A DNA stretch of 64,000 bases from positions 121,458,001 to 121,522,000 of the forward strand of contig NC_042999.1 of assembly GCF_006345805.1 (NCBI RefSeq), written 5' to 3'. The notes under the pieces were generated by a model. It was not told where the DNA came from. It worked only from the letters and a program-made list of their open reading frames with translations, and did no database searches. This document shows, in pieces, positions 28,761 to 40,674 of the stretch. The DNA comes from Octopus sinensis. Lineage: Eukaryota. The position numbers and the translations under genes are program-made. The first letter of the stretch is position 1; every line of letters starts with the position of its first letter.

Positions 28761-30082
28761 TTTTCCAGATACTCTATCTTCTAATTAGCCTTAAGATTAA
28801 ATTAAATAACGTTTAATATTGATACCGTCAAATTAGCCTTAGGATTAAATTAAATAACGTTTAATATTGTTTAATATTGTTAATAATTATTGTTAATTAG
28901 CCTTAAGATTAAATTAAATAACGTTTAATATTGTTTTAATATTGTTAATAATTTTTCAGATACTCTATCTTCTAATTAGCCCTAAGATTAAATTAAATAA
29001 CGTTTAATATTAATAACGTCTAATTAGCCTTAGGATTAAATTAAATAACGTTTAATATTGTTAATAATTATTGTTAATTAGCCTTAGGATTAAATTAAAT
29101 AACGTTTAATATTGTTTAATATTGTTAATAATTACTGATAATAGCCTTAAGATTAAATTAAATAACGTTTAATTGTTTTATATTGTTAATAATTATTGTT
29201 AATTAGCCTTAGGATTAAATTAAATAACGTTTAATATTGTTTAATATTGTTAATAATTATTGTTAATTAGCCTTAAGATTAAATTAAATAACGTTTAATA
29301 TTGTTTTAATATTGTTAATAATTCTTCAGATACTCTATCTTCTAATTAGCCTTAAGATTAAATTAAATAACGTTTAATATTACCCACACTCTAATATAAT
29401 ATTAACATTGCTAATATATTTTCAGATACTCTATCTCCTGATTAGCCTTAAGATTAAATAACGTTTTTATCCACACTCTAATATAATATTAATATTGCTA
29501 AATATTTTCAGATACTCTATCTTCTAATTAGCCTTAAGATTAAATTAAATAACGTTAATATTAATAACGTCTAATTAGCCTTAAGATTAAATTAAATAAC
29601 GTTTAATATAATAAACGTCTAATTAGCCTTAAGATTAAATTAAATAACGGTTAATATTGCTTAATATTGTATATATAATTTTTCAGATACTCTTCTTCTA
29701 ATTAGCCTTAAGATTAAATTAAATAACGTTTAATATTACCCACACTCTAATATAATATTAATATTGCTAATATATTTTCAGATACTCTATCTCCAAATTA
29801 GCCTTAAGTTTAAATAACGTTTTTTTTTTACCCACACTCTAATATAATATTAATATTGCTATATATATTTTCAGATACTCTATCTCCTAATTAGCTTAAG
29901 ATTAAACAACGTTTTCATCCACACTCTAATATAATATTAATATTGCTAATACATTTTCAGATACTCTATCCCCTAATTAGCCTTAAGATTAAATAACGTT
30001 TTTACCCAAATAACGTTTTTACACAAACTTTAATATGTTAATATTTCTTTTTCAAGTACTCTATCTTCTAATTAGCCTTAAT
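28761..30082. repeat. AT-rich composite minisatellite, about 19 copies of core aattagcctta(a/g)gattaaattaaataacg
   Basis: The core recurs with alternating spacer modules (tttaatattg.., ttttcagatactctatct, acccacactctaatataatatt). Copies counted by eye. Confidence 0.92.
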
Positions 30083-30142
30083 ATCTTCCTGTCTTCTCTC
30101 GAACATAATTAGATAGATAAACGGATAGACGGATTATCCAGC

Positions 30143-31051
30143 ATGTCCAGAGCATGGAGACGTGACGAGCTGGATTTATTCGTACGAGCTGGGAGTGCGC
30201 CGGCGGAGATAGCCCTAGCGAGGTGATTGCGGCTGCGCTGAAGAGCAGAGGCTACAAGAGGACGGCGGCTCAGATGGAGCGAAAGAGACAGGAATTCGTG
30301 CGCTCATATGCGCTTGTACGGTCGCACATTGGCGCACTTGATGCCATCTTTGAGAACGAGCGGGGCAAAGATGGCAAGAATGGAGACGATGAAAGAAGTC
30401 ACCCCCACCTGGTGGACGCCGGGAGGAGGTTTTGAATGAGAAACCTGCCCGGGAAGTGAACCCAGGTGCAAGTTCTCCAACCGGCAGCAAGGGCCATGGA
30501 GACGGAGAACCCGGTGAAGAGGTATAGAGGGAGGAAGAAGAACTAAAAGAAGGACTGGAAGAGCTAAAGGAAAAGAAAAAGCTCAAGCAGACCAAAGAGT
30601 GAAACAACCAGAAATAGAAGTGGAACCGCCAAAGGATGGAACCAAACAGCGCACACGGGGTGTATGTCTACCTGAGAGGTTCCTGCTGGCATGGAAAGGA
30701 AGGTGCAGGCTGCCGCTTTGCACATCGGGGACCCTGCCACAGAGACACGAGGCAGATGGACAAACCATCAACACAAGAAAAGGGATGGACCACGCACCAC
30801 CTGCCCCAAAGCGGAGGTACGCAGATGTTGTGCGCGCCACAAACAGCCAACATGATGTTGTCGAAAGAGCAGCTGCTGAGCAACAATCTTTTTTGTGCAT
30901 GGCACAAAAGATTGTACAGCAGCTGACCTTGCTTCATCAAACCCAAGCCCGCAGGTGGGACTACCCACTATATACCAGACCACCACAGCAAACAGACACA
31001 GGATGGACACCGCCGGCAACAACGTACACCTCACCTCGATACTCCTACTGA
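30143..31051 (+). pseudogene. LINE ORF1: Myb/SANT-like domain, coiled coil and CCCH zinc finger (reconstructed across frameshifts)
   Basis: MSRAWRRDELDLFVRA/W..IAAALKSRGYKRTAAQMERKRQEFVRSY, then EEELKEGLEELKEKKKLKQ, then VC/YLRGSCWHGKEGAGCRFAH (30665-30725). Confidence 0.7.
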
Positions 31052-33982
31052 ACATCAGAGGACTGCAAACACTCAGTAGCAGGACAAAGATCCCGTTCCT
31101 GAGAGACTTTGTTTGCATGCAATCAAGCCATATGCATAGCACTTACAGAAACGCACCTGAAACCGGACCATAGCAAGATGCGGAGTACACATACCACAGT
31201 ATGCTGTACTACGGACCGACAGGAAAGAAAGGAGTCATGGAGGTGTTGCTATGTACATCCGTGAGGACCTCACACCCCAGGTCCTCTTGTCATACTCAAA
31301 CTCGGTGTGTGACACACTAATTGTACATATTAAGCAACTTGATGTAGTTGTGTGTGCTACATATCGCCCTCCAGATGCCCCAAGCCATGTGGCAAGTTTG
31401 AAGACTGCCTTATAAAAATAGAAGAAATTCTAACCACATTAGAACAACACATAGTGTGTGCTTCTTATGGGAGACTTCAATCTGCCCAATGTCAGATGGC
31501 CCGAGGGCCTTTCTCTCCCAGGAATGACAAGATGTGAACGAGGACAGGCGAGGTCCCTCCTGAACCTCATCAACACCCTGTACATGGAGCAGGTAATACT
31601 CCAACCAACCAGGGCAGGTAACACACTGGATCTCTGCTTCACAAATGACATGGATCTCATCCATAATGTGAAAGTGACACTGACACTACTCTCGGATCAC
31701 AACATGATAGAGCTGACCATGTACGGGCCAAAAGAGAGCACGGACATGTAGCCTACAAGAAACCCTCAAAATCTTTCCAGCTTGAACTACCATAAGGCAA
31801 ACTGGAAACAAATTGAGAAAGAGATCCTCAAACAAAACTGGCCTAAATGTCTCTCCTCGCCAGACATCGACGGAAACTTCAACAATTCATGTCTGTAATG
31901 CAAGCCATATGCTACAAATGTGTCCCCAGAGTGAAAGGCCACTGTACACAAGAACAAAATCCCCAGAGAGAGGAAAATTTTAATGAGACGGCGTACGAAA
32001 TTTTCAAATCGCCTAAACAAACAGATTGAAAGCAGTGAAAAGTCCGCCTAAAAATAAAACTGTTGGAAATCGAAAAATGTCTGCAACTCTCCCATGAAAA
32101 AAAAGAGCAGACAAAGAAGCCTGGGCTATAGAAAACATAAAATATCCCCAGAGCTTTCTACAGGTATGCCAAAGAAAACAGCTACAGTGCACTGTAGAAT
32201 AGGGCCACTCCTCGAAAAGGATGGCACACTTACAGGAAAACCAATGAGGGTAAGTGAAATACTGAATGAGCAATTCTAGAGGGTTTTCACTCCACCCCTT
32301 GGGCATCTCCAAATCACCAATCCAACTGACTTTTTTACCACTGCAGATATAAAATCAGAGGCGGCGACGATAGATTACATCGATATAAAGGAAGACGATG
32401 TAACCAAGGCTATAGATGAAATGAAAACAGACTCAGCTACTGGCCCCGATGGATTCCCAGCAATCCTCCTAAAAGCATGTAAGAGAGTCCTAGCAAGACC
32501 ACTGCAGTTCCTCTTTCAGAGCTTCCTTGCAGCTGGCAAACTTCCAGGAAAACTGAAGGAAGGTAAAATATGCCCCATTCATAAAGGAGGTAGCAGAGCG
32601 GAAGCCAAGAACTATAGACCTATCTCTCTGACCTCACACATCAGCAAGGTCATGGAACGAATAGTCAGAAGGAAGCTGATCATCTTCCTTGAAGAGAATG
32701 ACTTGCTGCCGACCCAACATGGTTTCCGACCAGGGAGAAGCTGTTTAACTCAGCTCCTACAACACTATGACTGGGTGCTGAACGGCTGCTCAACACTCAA
32801 ATGTGGAAGTGATATATCTCGACTTTGCAAAGGCCTTTGATAAAGTCGATCATGGAATGATATGTCACAAACTGCGTGATCTCAACATAGTTGGAAAACT
32901 GGAGAATGGCTTCATGACTTCTGAAGGATAGAAGTCAGTGGTAGTAGCCAATGGGGCCACCTCCATTAACACACAAATAGTGAGCGGGTTCCGCAGGGCA
33001 CTGTTCTGGGACCACTACTGTTCATACTGGCCCTCTCAGACATGCCCTCAGCCACGCAGAGAGCCACGATCACAAGTTATGCAGACGATACAAAAGTTTC
33101 ACAGGCAATACAGAACCCTGAGGACACTAAACACCTGCAATGTGAGCTGGACGAAATATACAAGTGGGCTAAAAACAATAGCATGCAGTTCAATGCTGGA
33201 AAGTTTCAAGCTTTAACAGCATGCAAAACTGAATGCAATACCCAATGAATACACTGGACCCGGAGGGATTGCAATCCCAGAGGCACAATCAGTGCGTGAC
33301 CTGGGTATTCACATGAGTGATGACGCGACCTTTCATGTACATGTTGCTAAACTGACAATGAAATGTAGACGGCTGGCTGGATGGATTCTTAGAACCTTTA
33401 GAACAAGAGAACAAGAAACCATGATGGTCCTCTGGAAGACACTTGTCCTAAGCCACTTTGACTATTGCTCTCAGCTATGGTCACCATCTAGTGTCAAGTT
33501 GATCACAGAACTTGAGGCGATCCAACGAAGCTACAAAAAGAAGATAGCCTCTATGCAGAATGTAAGCTACTGGAAAGACTCAAGAGATTAAATATTATTC
33601 CCTGGAGTGTAGGCGGGAAACATATGCCATAATATACATCTGGAAGATCCTGGAGGGAAGTGTCCTGAACTTTGGCATCGAGAGTTACGCAAATGCCAGA
33701 ACTGGGCGCCACTGCGTGGTGCCTAGGACTCCAAACCTGCCATCAAGATGTAGGACAAGATTCTGTGATAGCCTGGGTTTCCGAGGCCCACAGCTCTTCA
33801 ATATCCTCCCGAAGAACCTGAGAGACCTGCATGGGGTGGATACAGATGTCTTTAAAATGAAGCTGGATCTCTTCCTGTCAGGTGTCCCAGATGAACCAAC
33901 TTCACGGCAGGAGGGGCAGATGAGGGCAGCTGCATCGAACTCTCTCATGCACCAAATAGCAGTTGCTAGAAAGCCTCCATGA
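31003..33982 (+). pseudogene. LINE ORF2: APE endonuclease + reverse transcriptase, multiple frameshifts
   Basis: SILLLNIRGL, GGVAMYI, TYRPP, MGDFNLP, TLDLCFTN, GPDGFP, NYRPISLTSHISKVMERIV, QHGFRPGRSCLTQLL, DFAKAFDKVDH, SYADDTK and HFDYCSQLWSP. Confidence 0.93.
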
Positions 33983-34050
33983 AGTGAAACCAAGTAGCAA
34001 CACCAAATGGCGGTGCCCCAGCATGGCCACAGCTCATAAGCTGAAACTAG

Positions 34051-34082
<32 letters not shown>

Positions 34083-34347
34083 GTAGATACAGTTACGTTT
34101 GCACCAAGTCCATCCTTTCAAGATCGAAATAACTATGAGTTTAGAAATACTGACCACTAGGTAATGATAATTTAGATTAATTCGATTGGCTAGTGGTTTG
34201 AAATTTAAATCACAAAAGAAATTATACGGTTGGTTAGTCAAGGAACGCCAATATTCGCACGCGCATCCACAGATCAATCGCACATACACACATAATTCTA
34301 TGTATACACATACACTTATACACATACATAACCACAAGCAACATATA

Positions 34348-34380
<33 letters not shown>

Positions 34381-34611
34381 GTGTGTTATATATATATATA
34401 TATATATAGGTGTGGGTGGTATATATATATATATATGTGTGTGTGTGTTATATATATATATATTTGGTATATATATTAATATATATATATTGTGTGTATA
34501 TATATATATATATATATGTGTGTATATATATATATATTATATATGTGTATATAATATATATATATATATATGTGTATATATATATATATATGTGTGTATT
34601 ATATATATATA

Positions 34612-34666
<55 letters not shown>

Positions 34667-34891
34667 ATAATATATATGTATATATATATATGTATATATA
34701 TATATGTGTGTATATATATATGTATATATATATAATGTATAATATATATGTATATATATATGTATATATATATATGTATATATATATATGTATATATATA
34801 TATGTATATATATATAATATATATATGTATATATATATATGTATATATCTATATATATATATATATAATGTATAATATATATATATGTATA

Positions 34892-34957
<66 letters not shown>

Positions 34958-34972
34958 TGTATATATATATAT

Positions 34973-35811
34973 ATACCCAATGAATACACTGGACCCGGAG
35001 GGATTGCAATCCCAGAGGCACAATCAGTGTGTGACCTGGGTATTCACATGAGTGATGACGCGACCTTTCATGTACATGTTGCTAAACTGACACTGAAATG
35101 TAGACGGCTGGCTGGATGGATTCTTAGAACCTTTAGAACAAGAGAACAAAAACCATGATGGTCCTCTGGAAGACACTTCCTAAGCCACTTTGACTATTGC
35201 TCTCAGCTATGGTCACCATCCAGTGTCAAGTTGATCACAGAACTTGAGGCGACCCAACGAAGCTACACAGAGAAGATAGCCTCTATGCAGAATGTAAGCT
35301 ACTGGGAAAGACTCAAGAGATTAAAATTATATCCCTGGAGCGTAGGCGGGAAAGATATGCCATAAGATACATCTGGAAGATCCTGGAGGGAAGTGTCCTG
35401 AACTTTGGCATCGAGAGTTACGCAAATGCCAGAACTGGGCGCCACTGCGTGGTGCCTAGGACTCCAAACCTGCCATCAAGATGTAGGACAAGATCTGTGA
35501 TAGCCTGGGCTTCCGAGGCCACCTCTTCAATATCCTCCCGAAGAACCTGAGAGACCTGCATGGGGTGGATACAGATGTCTTTAAAATGAAGCTGGATCTC
35601 TTCCTGTCAGGTGTCCCAGATGAACCAACTTCACGGCAGGAGGGGCAGATGAGGGCAGCTGCATCGAACTCTCTCATGCACCAAATAGCAGTTGCTAGAA
35701 AGCATCCATGAAGTGAAACAAGTAGCAACAACCCAAATGGCGGTGCCCCAGCATGGCCACAGCTCATAAGCTGAAACTAGAATCAATCAATCTCAATCAA
35801 TCAATCAATCA
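34973..35811 (+). mobile_element. LINE copy C, 3' fragment with (AATC)n tail
   Basis: Colinear with 33238-34081. Has ATA microhomology with the flanking (TA)n at the 5' junction; tail at 35781-35811. Confidence 0.95.
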
Positions 35812-36125
35812 TATATATATATATATTATATATGTATAATATATATATAATTATATATATATATGTATATATATATAATGTATATATATATATATGTATA
35901 TATATATATTGTATATATATATATGTGTATATATATATATGTATATATATATATATGTATATATAATATATATGTATATCATATATATGTATATATATTA
36001 TTGTATATATATATATTATATATATATTGTATATATATATATATGTATTATATATATATGTGTATTATATATATATATATGTATATATATATTATATTAT
36101 ATATAATTATATGTATATATATATA

Positions 36126-36887
36126 CAACATCAGAGACTTGGGAGTAATTGTGGACAACAACGTAAGCTGGGCCACTCATATAAACACCAAAGTTGACAT
36201 GGCCCGCAGAATGTGTTCCTGGATTCTCAGAACTTTCCAGTCGAGAGAATCCCACCATTATCCTTCTCTTCTCCACTTTTGCCCGACCCCACCTTGAATA
36301 CTGTTGTCCACTGTGGTCTCCCCACACAATACAAGGTATCATAAAAGTTGAAGCACCTCAAAGGGCAATCACAAAAAAGATAGATGGCATGACAGGCCTC
36401 GACTATTGGGGGACTAGAAAAGCTAAAACTCTATTCTCTCCAACGTCGTCGTGAGCGCTACATCATCTGCATGATGTGGAAAATATTCCATCAGCATTGC
36501 CCAAATGATGTTGGCATCACCTTTAAGGTACATCCAAGGCTTGGGCCCCGTGCCATCCGCCCAAAACAAAAATCGCACTCTCATCTCATAACAACAATAC
36601 GGCACAATTATTTCACCTCAATTGGCCCGCTCTCTTTAACATTACACCAAAACACATTAAAACAGAAACTGACCTATAGGGTTCAAGAAGTCTTTGGACA
36701 GATTCCTTCAAGAAATCCCGGATAACCCCCTACACCCGGATATGTCTCTGTAAACAATAACTCTCTACTTGAGTGGGCCATAGAGCCCAATTCTGACTTG
36801 AAAGACTTCACCAGGTGGTGCTATTAAGTTACATGGCCTGGGCCAATAATGGCCGAAACCTATCAAAGTATCAAAGTATCAAAGTAT
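36126..36887 (+). mobile_element. Related-subfamily LINE 3' fragment (copy D) with (TATCAAAG)n tail
   Basis: IRDLGVIVDNNVSW..WILRTF..RPHLEYCCPLWSP..LYSLQRRRERY. The 3' end reads ggtggtgc..atggcc..GGCCAataaTGGCCgaaac, then tatcaaag x3. Confidence 0.88.
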
Positions 36888-36923
36888 AATGTTATATATA
36901 TATTATGTTATATATATATATAT

Positions 36924-36957
<34 letters not shown>

Positions 36958-37034
36958 TATGTAATATATATATGTATATATATATATGTATATATAATAA
37001 TATGTATATATATATATATGTATATATATATATG

Positions 37035-37081
<47 letters not shown>

Positions 37082-37190
37082 GATTGATTGATTTGAATCA
37101 ATCAATCATCAATATATATATATATGTATATATATATATGTATATATATATATAGTATATTATATATATGTATATATATATATTATAATA

Positions 37191-37234
<44 letters not shown>

Positions 37235-37241
37235 ATATATG

Positions 37242-37290
<49 letters not shown>

Positions 37291-37300
37291 CTATATATAT

Positions 37301-37331
<31 letters not shown>

Positions 37332-37541
37332 GTATTATATATATATATAATATATTATATGTATATGTATATATATATGTATGTATATATAATATATGTA
37401 TATAATATATATATGTATATGTATATATATATGTATATGTCTATATATGATATATATAGTATATGTATATATATATTATATATATATTATGTTCTATATA
37501 TATGTATATTATATATATATGTATATATATATATATCTCTC

Positions 37542-37894
37542 TCTATATAAACCAGTTTGTCTGTGCGTGTTTCTGTGTGTCTGTTTTCTCGTACCCTCAC
37601 CTGACCACGGCTTTCAACCGATTCTGATGAAACTTTACACACACATACCCATGTCATAATTCAAAACAACGCAGCGAAAATTTTGAAAAGTTCCCCCAGT
37701 TCTGAAAAAAATCGATAAATTCGACAGGGGTCGAGAATAAAAAAAACAAACCACAGACTGTCTAGGGACGCAACTCAACCTTTTATTACTCTCAAAAAAA
37801 TTTACCATCTTTTTTTTCCATTTTTGGCTATAACTCTCTAAAAAGCTTTATAGTATTTCCCTTACAACCTGAGCAACGCCGGCGATACTGCTAG
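37542..37894 (+). mobile_element. Non-autonomous Helitron-like element
   Basis: Starts TC-tatataaa and ends with a subterminal GC hairpin (cctgagcaacgccggc) followed by CTAG-T, the canonical Helitron 3' end. Confidence 0.7.
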
Positions 37895-37896
37895 TG

Positions 37897-37934
<38 letters not shown>

Positions 37935-38132
37935 ATATATGTATATGTATATATATGTATATGTATATATATATGTATATGTATATATATGTATATGTAT
38001 ATCTATACATATATATATATATATGTATATATATATGTATATGTATATGTATATGCATATATATACATATATATATATATATTATATATAATATGTATAT
38101 GTATATGTATATATATATGTATATGTATATAT

Positions 38133-38165
<33 letters not shown>

Positions 38166-38367
38166 GTATATATATGGATATGTATATGTATATATATATG
38201 TATATGTATATTATATATATGTATAGTATTGTAATGTATATGTATATATATATGTATATGTATAGTCTATATATATATGTATATGTATATGTATAGTATA
38301 TGTATATGTATATATATATGTATACGTATATGTATACGTATATGTATATATATATATGTATATGTAT

Positions 38368-38399
<32 letters not shown>

Positions 38400-38598
38400 G
38401 TATATATATGTATATGTATATATACTATATGTATATATATATATATGTATATATGTATATATATATATGTATATATGTATATATATATATGTACATATAT
38501 ATATATGTATAGAAATTCGGGTGAGTACTTGATAATTATAAGCACCTGTGTATACCGTTTGGTGGTGTAGGTGGTGGAGTAAATTGATCAAAAAAAAA

Positions 38599-38805
38599 AT
38601 GATGCGAAGGATTCAGCGGTACATATGCTTCGGGCCTTTATTAGACAGATTTATAACAATGCATAATGTATGTCTGTGGCCTTCTTCAGCCGCGCAGAAC
38701 AGCTGTTGTGCGCGGCTGAAGAAGCCACAGACATACATTATGCATTGTTATAAATCTGTCTAATAAAGGCCCGAAACATATGTACTGCTGAATCCTTCGC
38801 ATCAT
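38599..38805. repeat. Near-perfect 207-bp palindrome of two inverted Penelope-type hammerhead units
   Basis: Centre aacag|ctgtt at 38702/38703 with essentially no loop. The right arm has CTGAAGA (38716-38722), GAAA (38773-38776) and C-ATAT-G-TA. Confidence 0.85.
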
Positions 38806-39224
38806 GTTTTTATTTGTCTATATATATGTATATATATATATATATATGTATGTATATATATATGTATATATATTATATAGGTATATATATATGTATATGT
38901 ATGTATATATATATGTATATATATATATATGTATATATATATGTTATGTATGTATATATATAGTATATATATATATGTATATATATATGTATATATATAT
39001 GTATATATTATATATGTATATATATATGTATATATATATGTATATAATATATATGTATATATATATGTATATATATAATATATATATATATGTGTGTATA
39101 TATATTTATGTGTGTATATATATATATGTATATATATATATACACATATATATATTTACAGATATATATCTATGTATACATAGATATATTTATAAATATA
39201 TATATATTATTTATATATGTATAT

Positions 39225-40586
39225 TATCACCTTGATCACCTTAACCGACCAGTCCGTTAGGTGTCCACTCCTCTTTGGATTGCGCCTTTCTCATCCACGT
39301 GATCCCAATCGTCCTCCTGAAATTGTAACTACACCGTCATGGAGGCCTTCCGATTGGTCGTTTCCGCTCACGGGGGTACCACTTCACAACTGCACGGGTC
39401 CACCAATTATCGGTGAGCCGGGCAACGTGTCCAGCCCATCTAAACTTGCTGGGGTGTATATTCTGCGATGACATCCCTCAAGCCGGACTTCTCTCTGATG
39501 ACCTTGCTGCTGATGTGCTCTCTCAACGAGATTCCAAGCATTGACCTTTCCATGGCTCTTTGAGCCGTTACCAGTCTCTGCTCTTCTCTCTTTGTTGTAT
39601 CCCATGTTTCACTGCCATATAACATTGCAGGTAGAACTCTGCTGTTGATGAGGTTGGCACGGATGGTCCTGTCCAACCTTCCCTTGAGCACATCCCTTAT
39701 GCCGTTAAACGCCTTCCATCTGGCCCTTACTCTCCGTGAGATCTCCTTTTCGATATCTCAGCACATATTCACTTCCTGTCCCAGGTAGACATATTCCTTT
39801 AACTCCTCTAATCTTCAGTCAAGAACCGGATCATCTTTGCAATTACGGCTGATTAATCTTGAGATTGCTCCAATCCTTTACCTCCTCTATCGCTTCCGAT
39901 CACCATTTGACCTGTTGGTACATTGTCTGATCGCATGAACTTTGTTTTCATGCGGTTTGTCTGATCGCATGAACTTTGTTTTCATGCAGTTCATCTTGAG
40001 ACCTACTGCAGAGATTTTGATGTTGAGCTTCGACAGCATGGTCTGAAGCTGATCCATGGTTTTAGCGATAATTACGATGTCATCAGCAAAACGGAGGTGG
40101 GTGAGGAGCTCGCCAGTGATGTTGACACTGCCTTGCCAGTTGATGCCTCTGATGATCTGCTCGAGACATGCGGTAAAAAGTTTTAGAGAGATCGTATCTC
40201 CTTGCTTCACTCCCTTCTTGACCGGCACTTGTACGGGTGATGACAGCAGAGCTATGTCGGTGGTGTATCCAGAATTTGCTTCCCTGAGCAGTTGCACATA
40301 TTGCTCTTCAACTCCTTGCCTCTGCAGCGAGTTCAGCACTGCGTTGGTTTTGACGCTGTCGAAGGCCTTCTCATAGTCTACAAATGCAACGCAAAGAGGC
40401 AGCTTGTACTCTTTTGCTCACTCAAGCACTTGTGTTAGAGTAAATATATGGTCCATCGTGCTGTAGTTTTTTCTGGAAGCCAGCTTGTTCCCTCAGTTGT
40501 TGTTTGTCGAGATGATGTGATAACCTGTTCAGAATTATCTTTGTGAACAGCTTGTACACATGAGACAGCAGGCATATGGGTCGGTA
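39225..40586 (-). mobile_element. RTE (BovB-like) LINE, 5'-truncated RT and 3' end
   Basis: YRPICLLSHVYKLFTKII, FVDYEKAFDSV, KKGVKQGDTIS, HLRFADDIVII and VLPAMLYGSETW on the minus strand. Confidence 0.92.
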
Positions 40587-40633
40587 AGGTATTTTTCGAT
40601 GTTGTTATTATTTTTATTATTATTATTATTATG

Positions 40634-40674
<41 letters not shown>

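Larger units (their letters stand above)
30083..34081 (+). mobile_element. Near full-length CR1/L2-group LINE (copy A): ORF1 + APE/RT ORF2 + 3' hairpin + (AATC)n tail
   Basis: Two overlapping frameshifted ORFs (below); tail at 34051-34081. The 5' boundary is uncertain and no TSD was found. Confidence 0.93.

Noticed and set aside
28761-30082. CRISPR-like repeat-spacer appearance
   Set aside because: The spacers are themselves repeated modules of variable length, the context is eukaryotic, and there are no cas genes.
3579-39235. Dozens of long ORFs rich in Y/I/C/V/M/H/T or LSIY
   Set aside because: They are translations of (TA)n, (TG)n, (ATGT)n and (ATCT)n microsatellites and are open in several frames on both strands.
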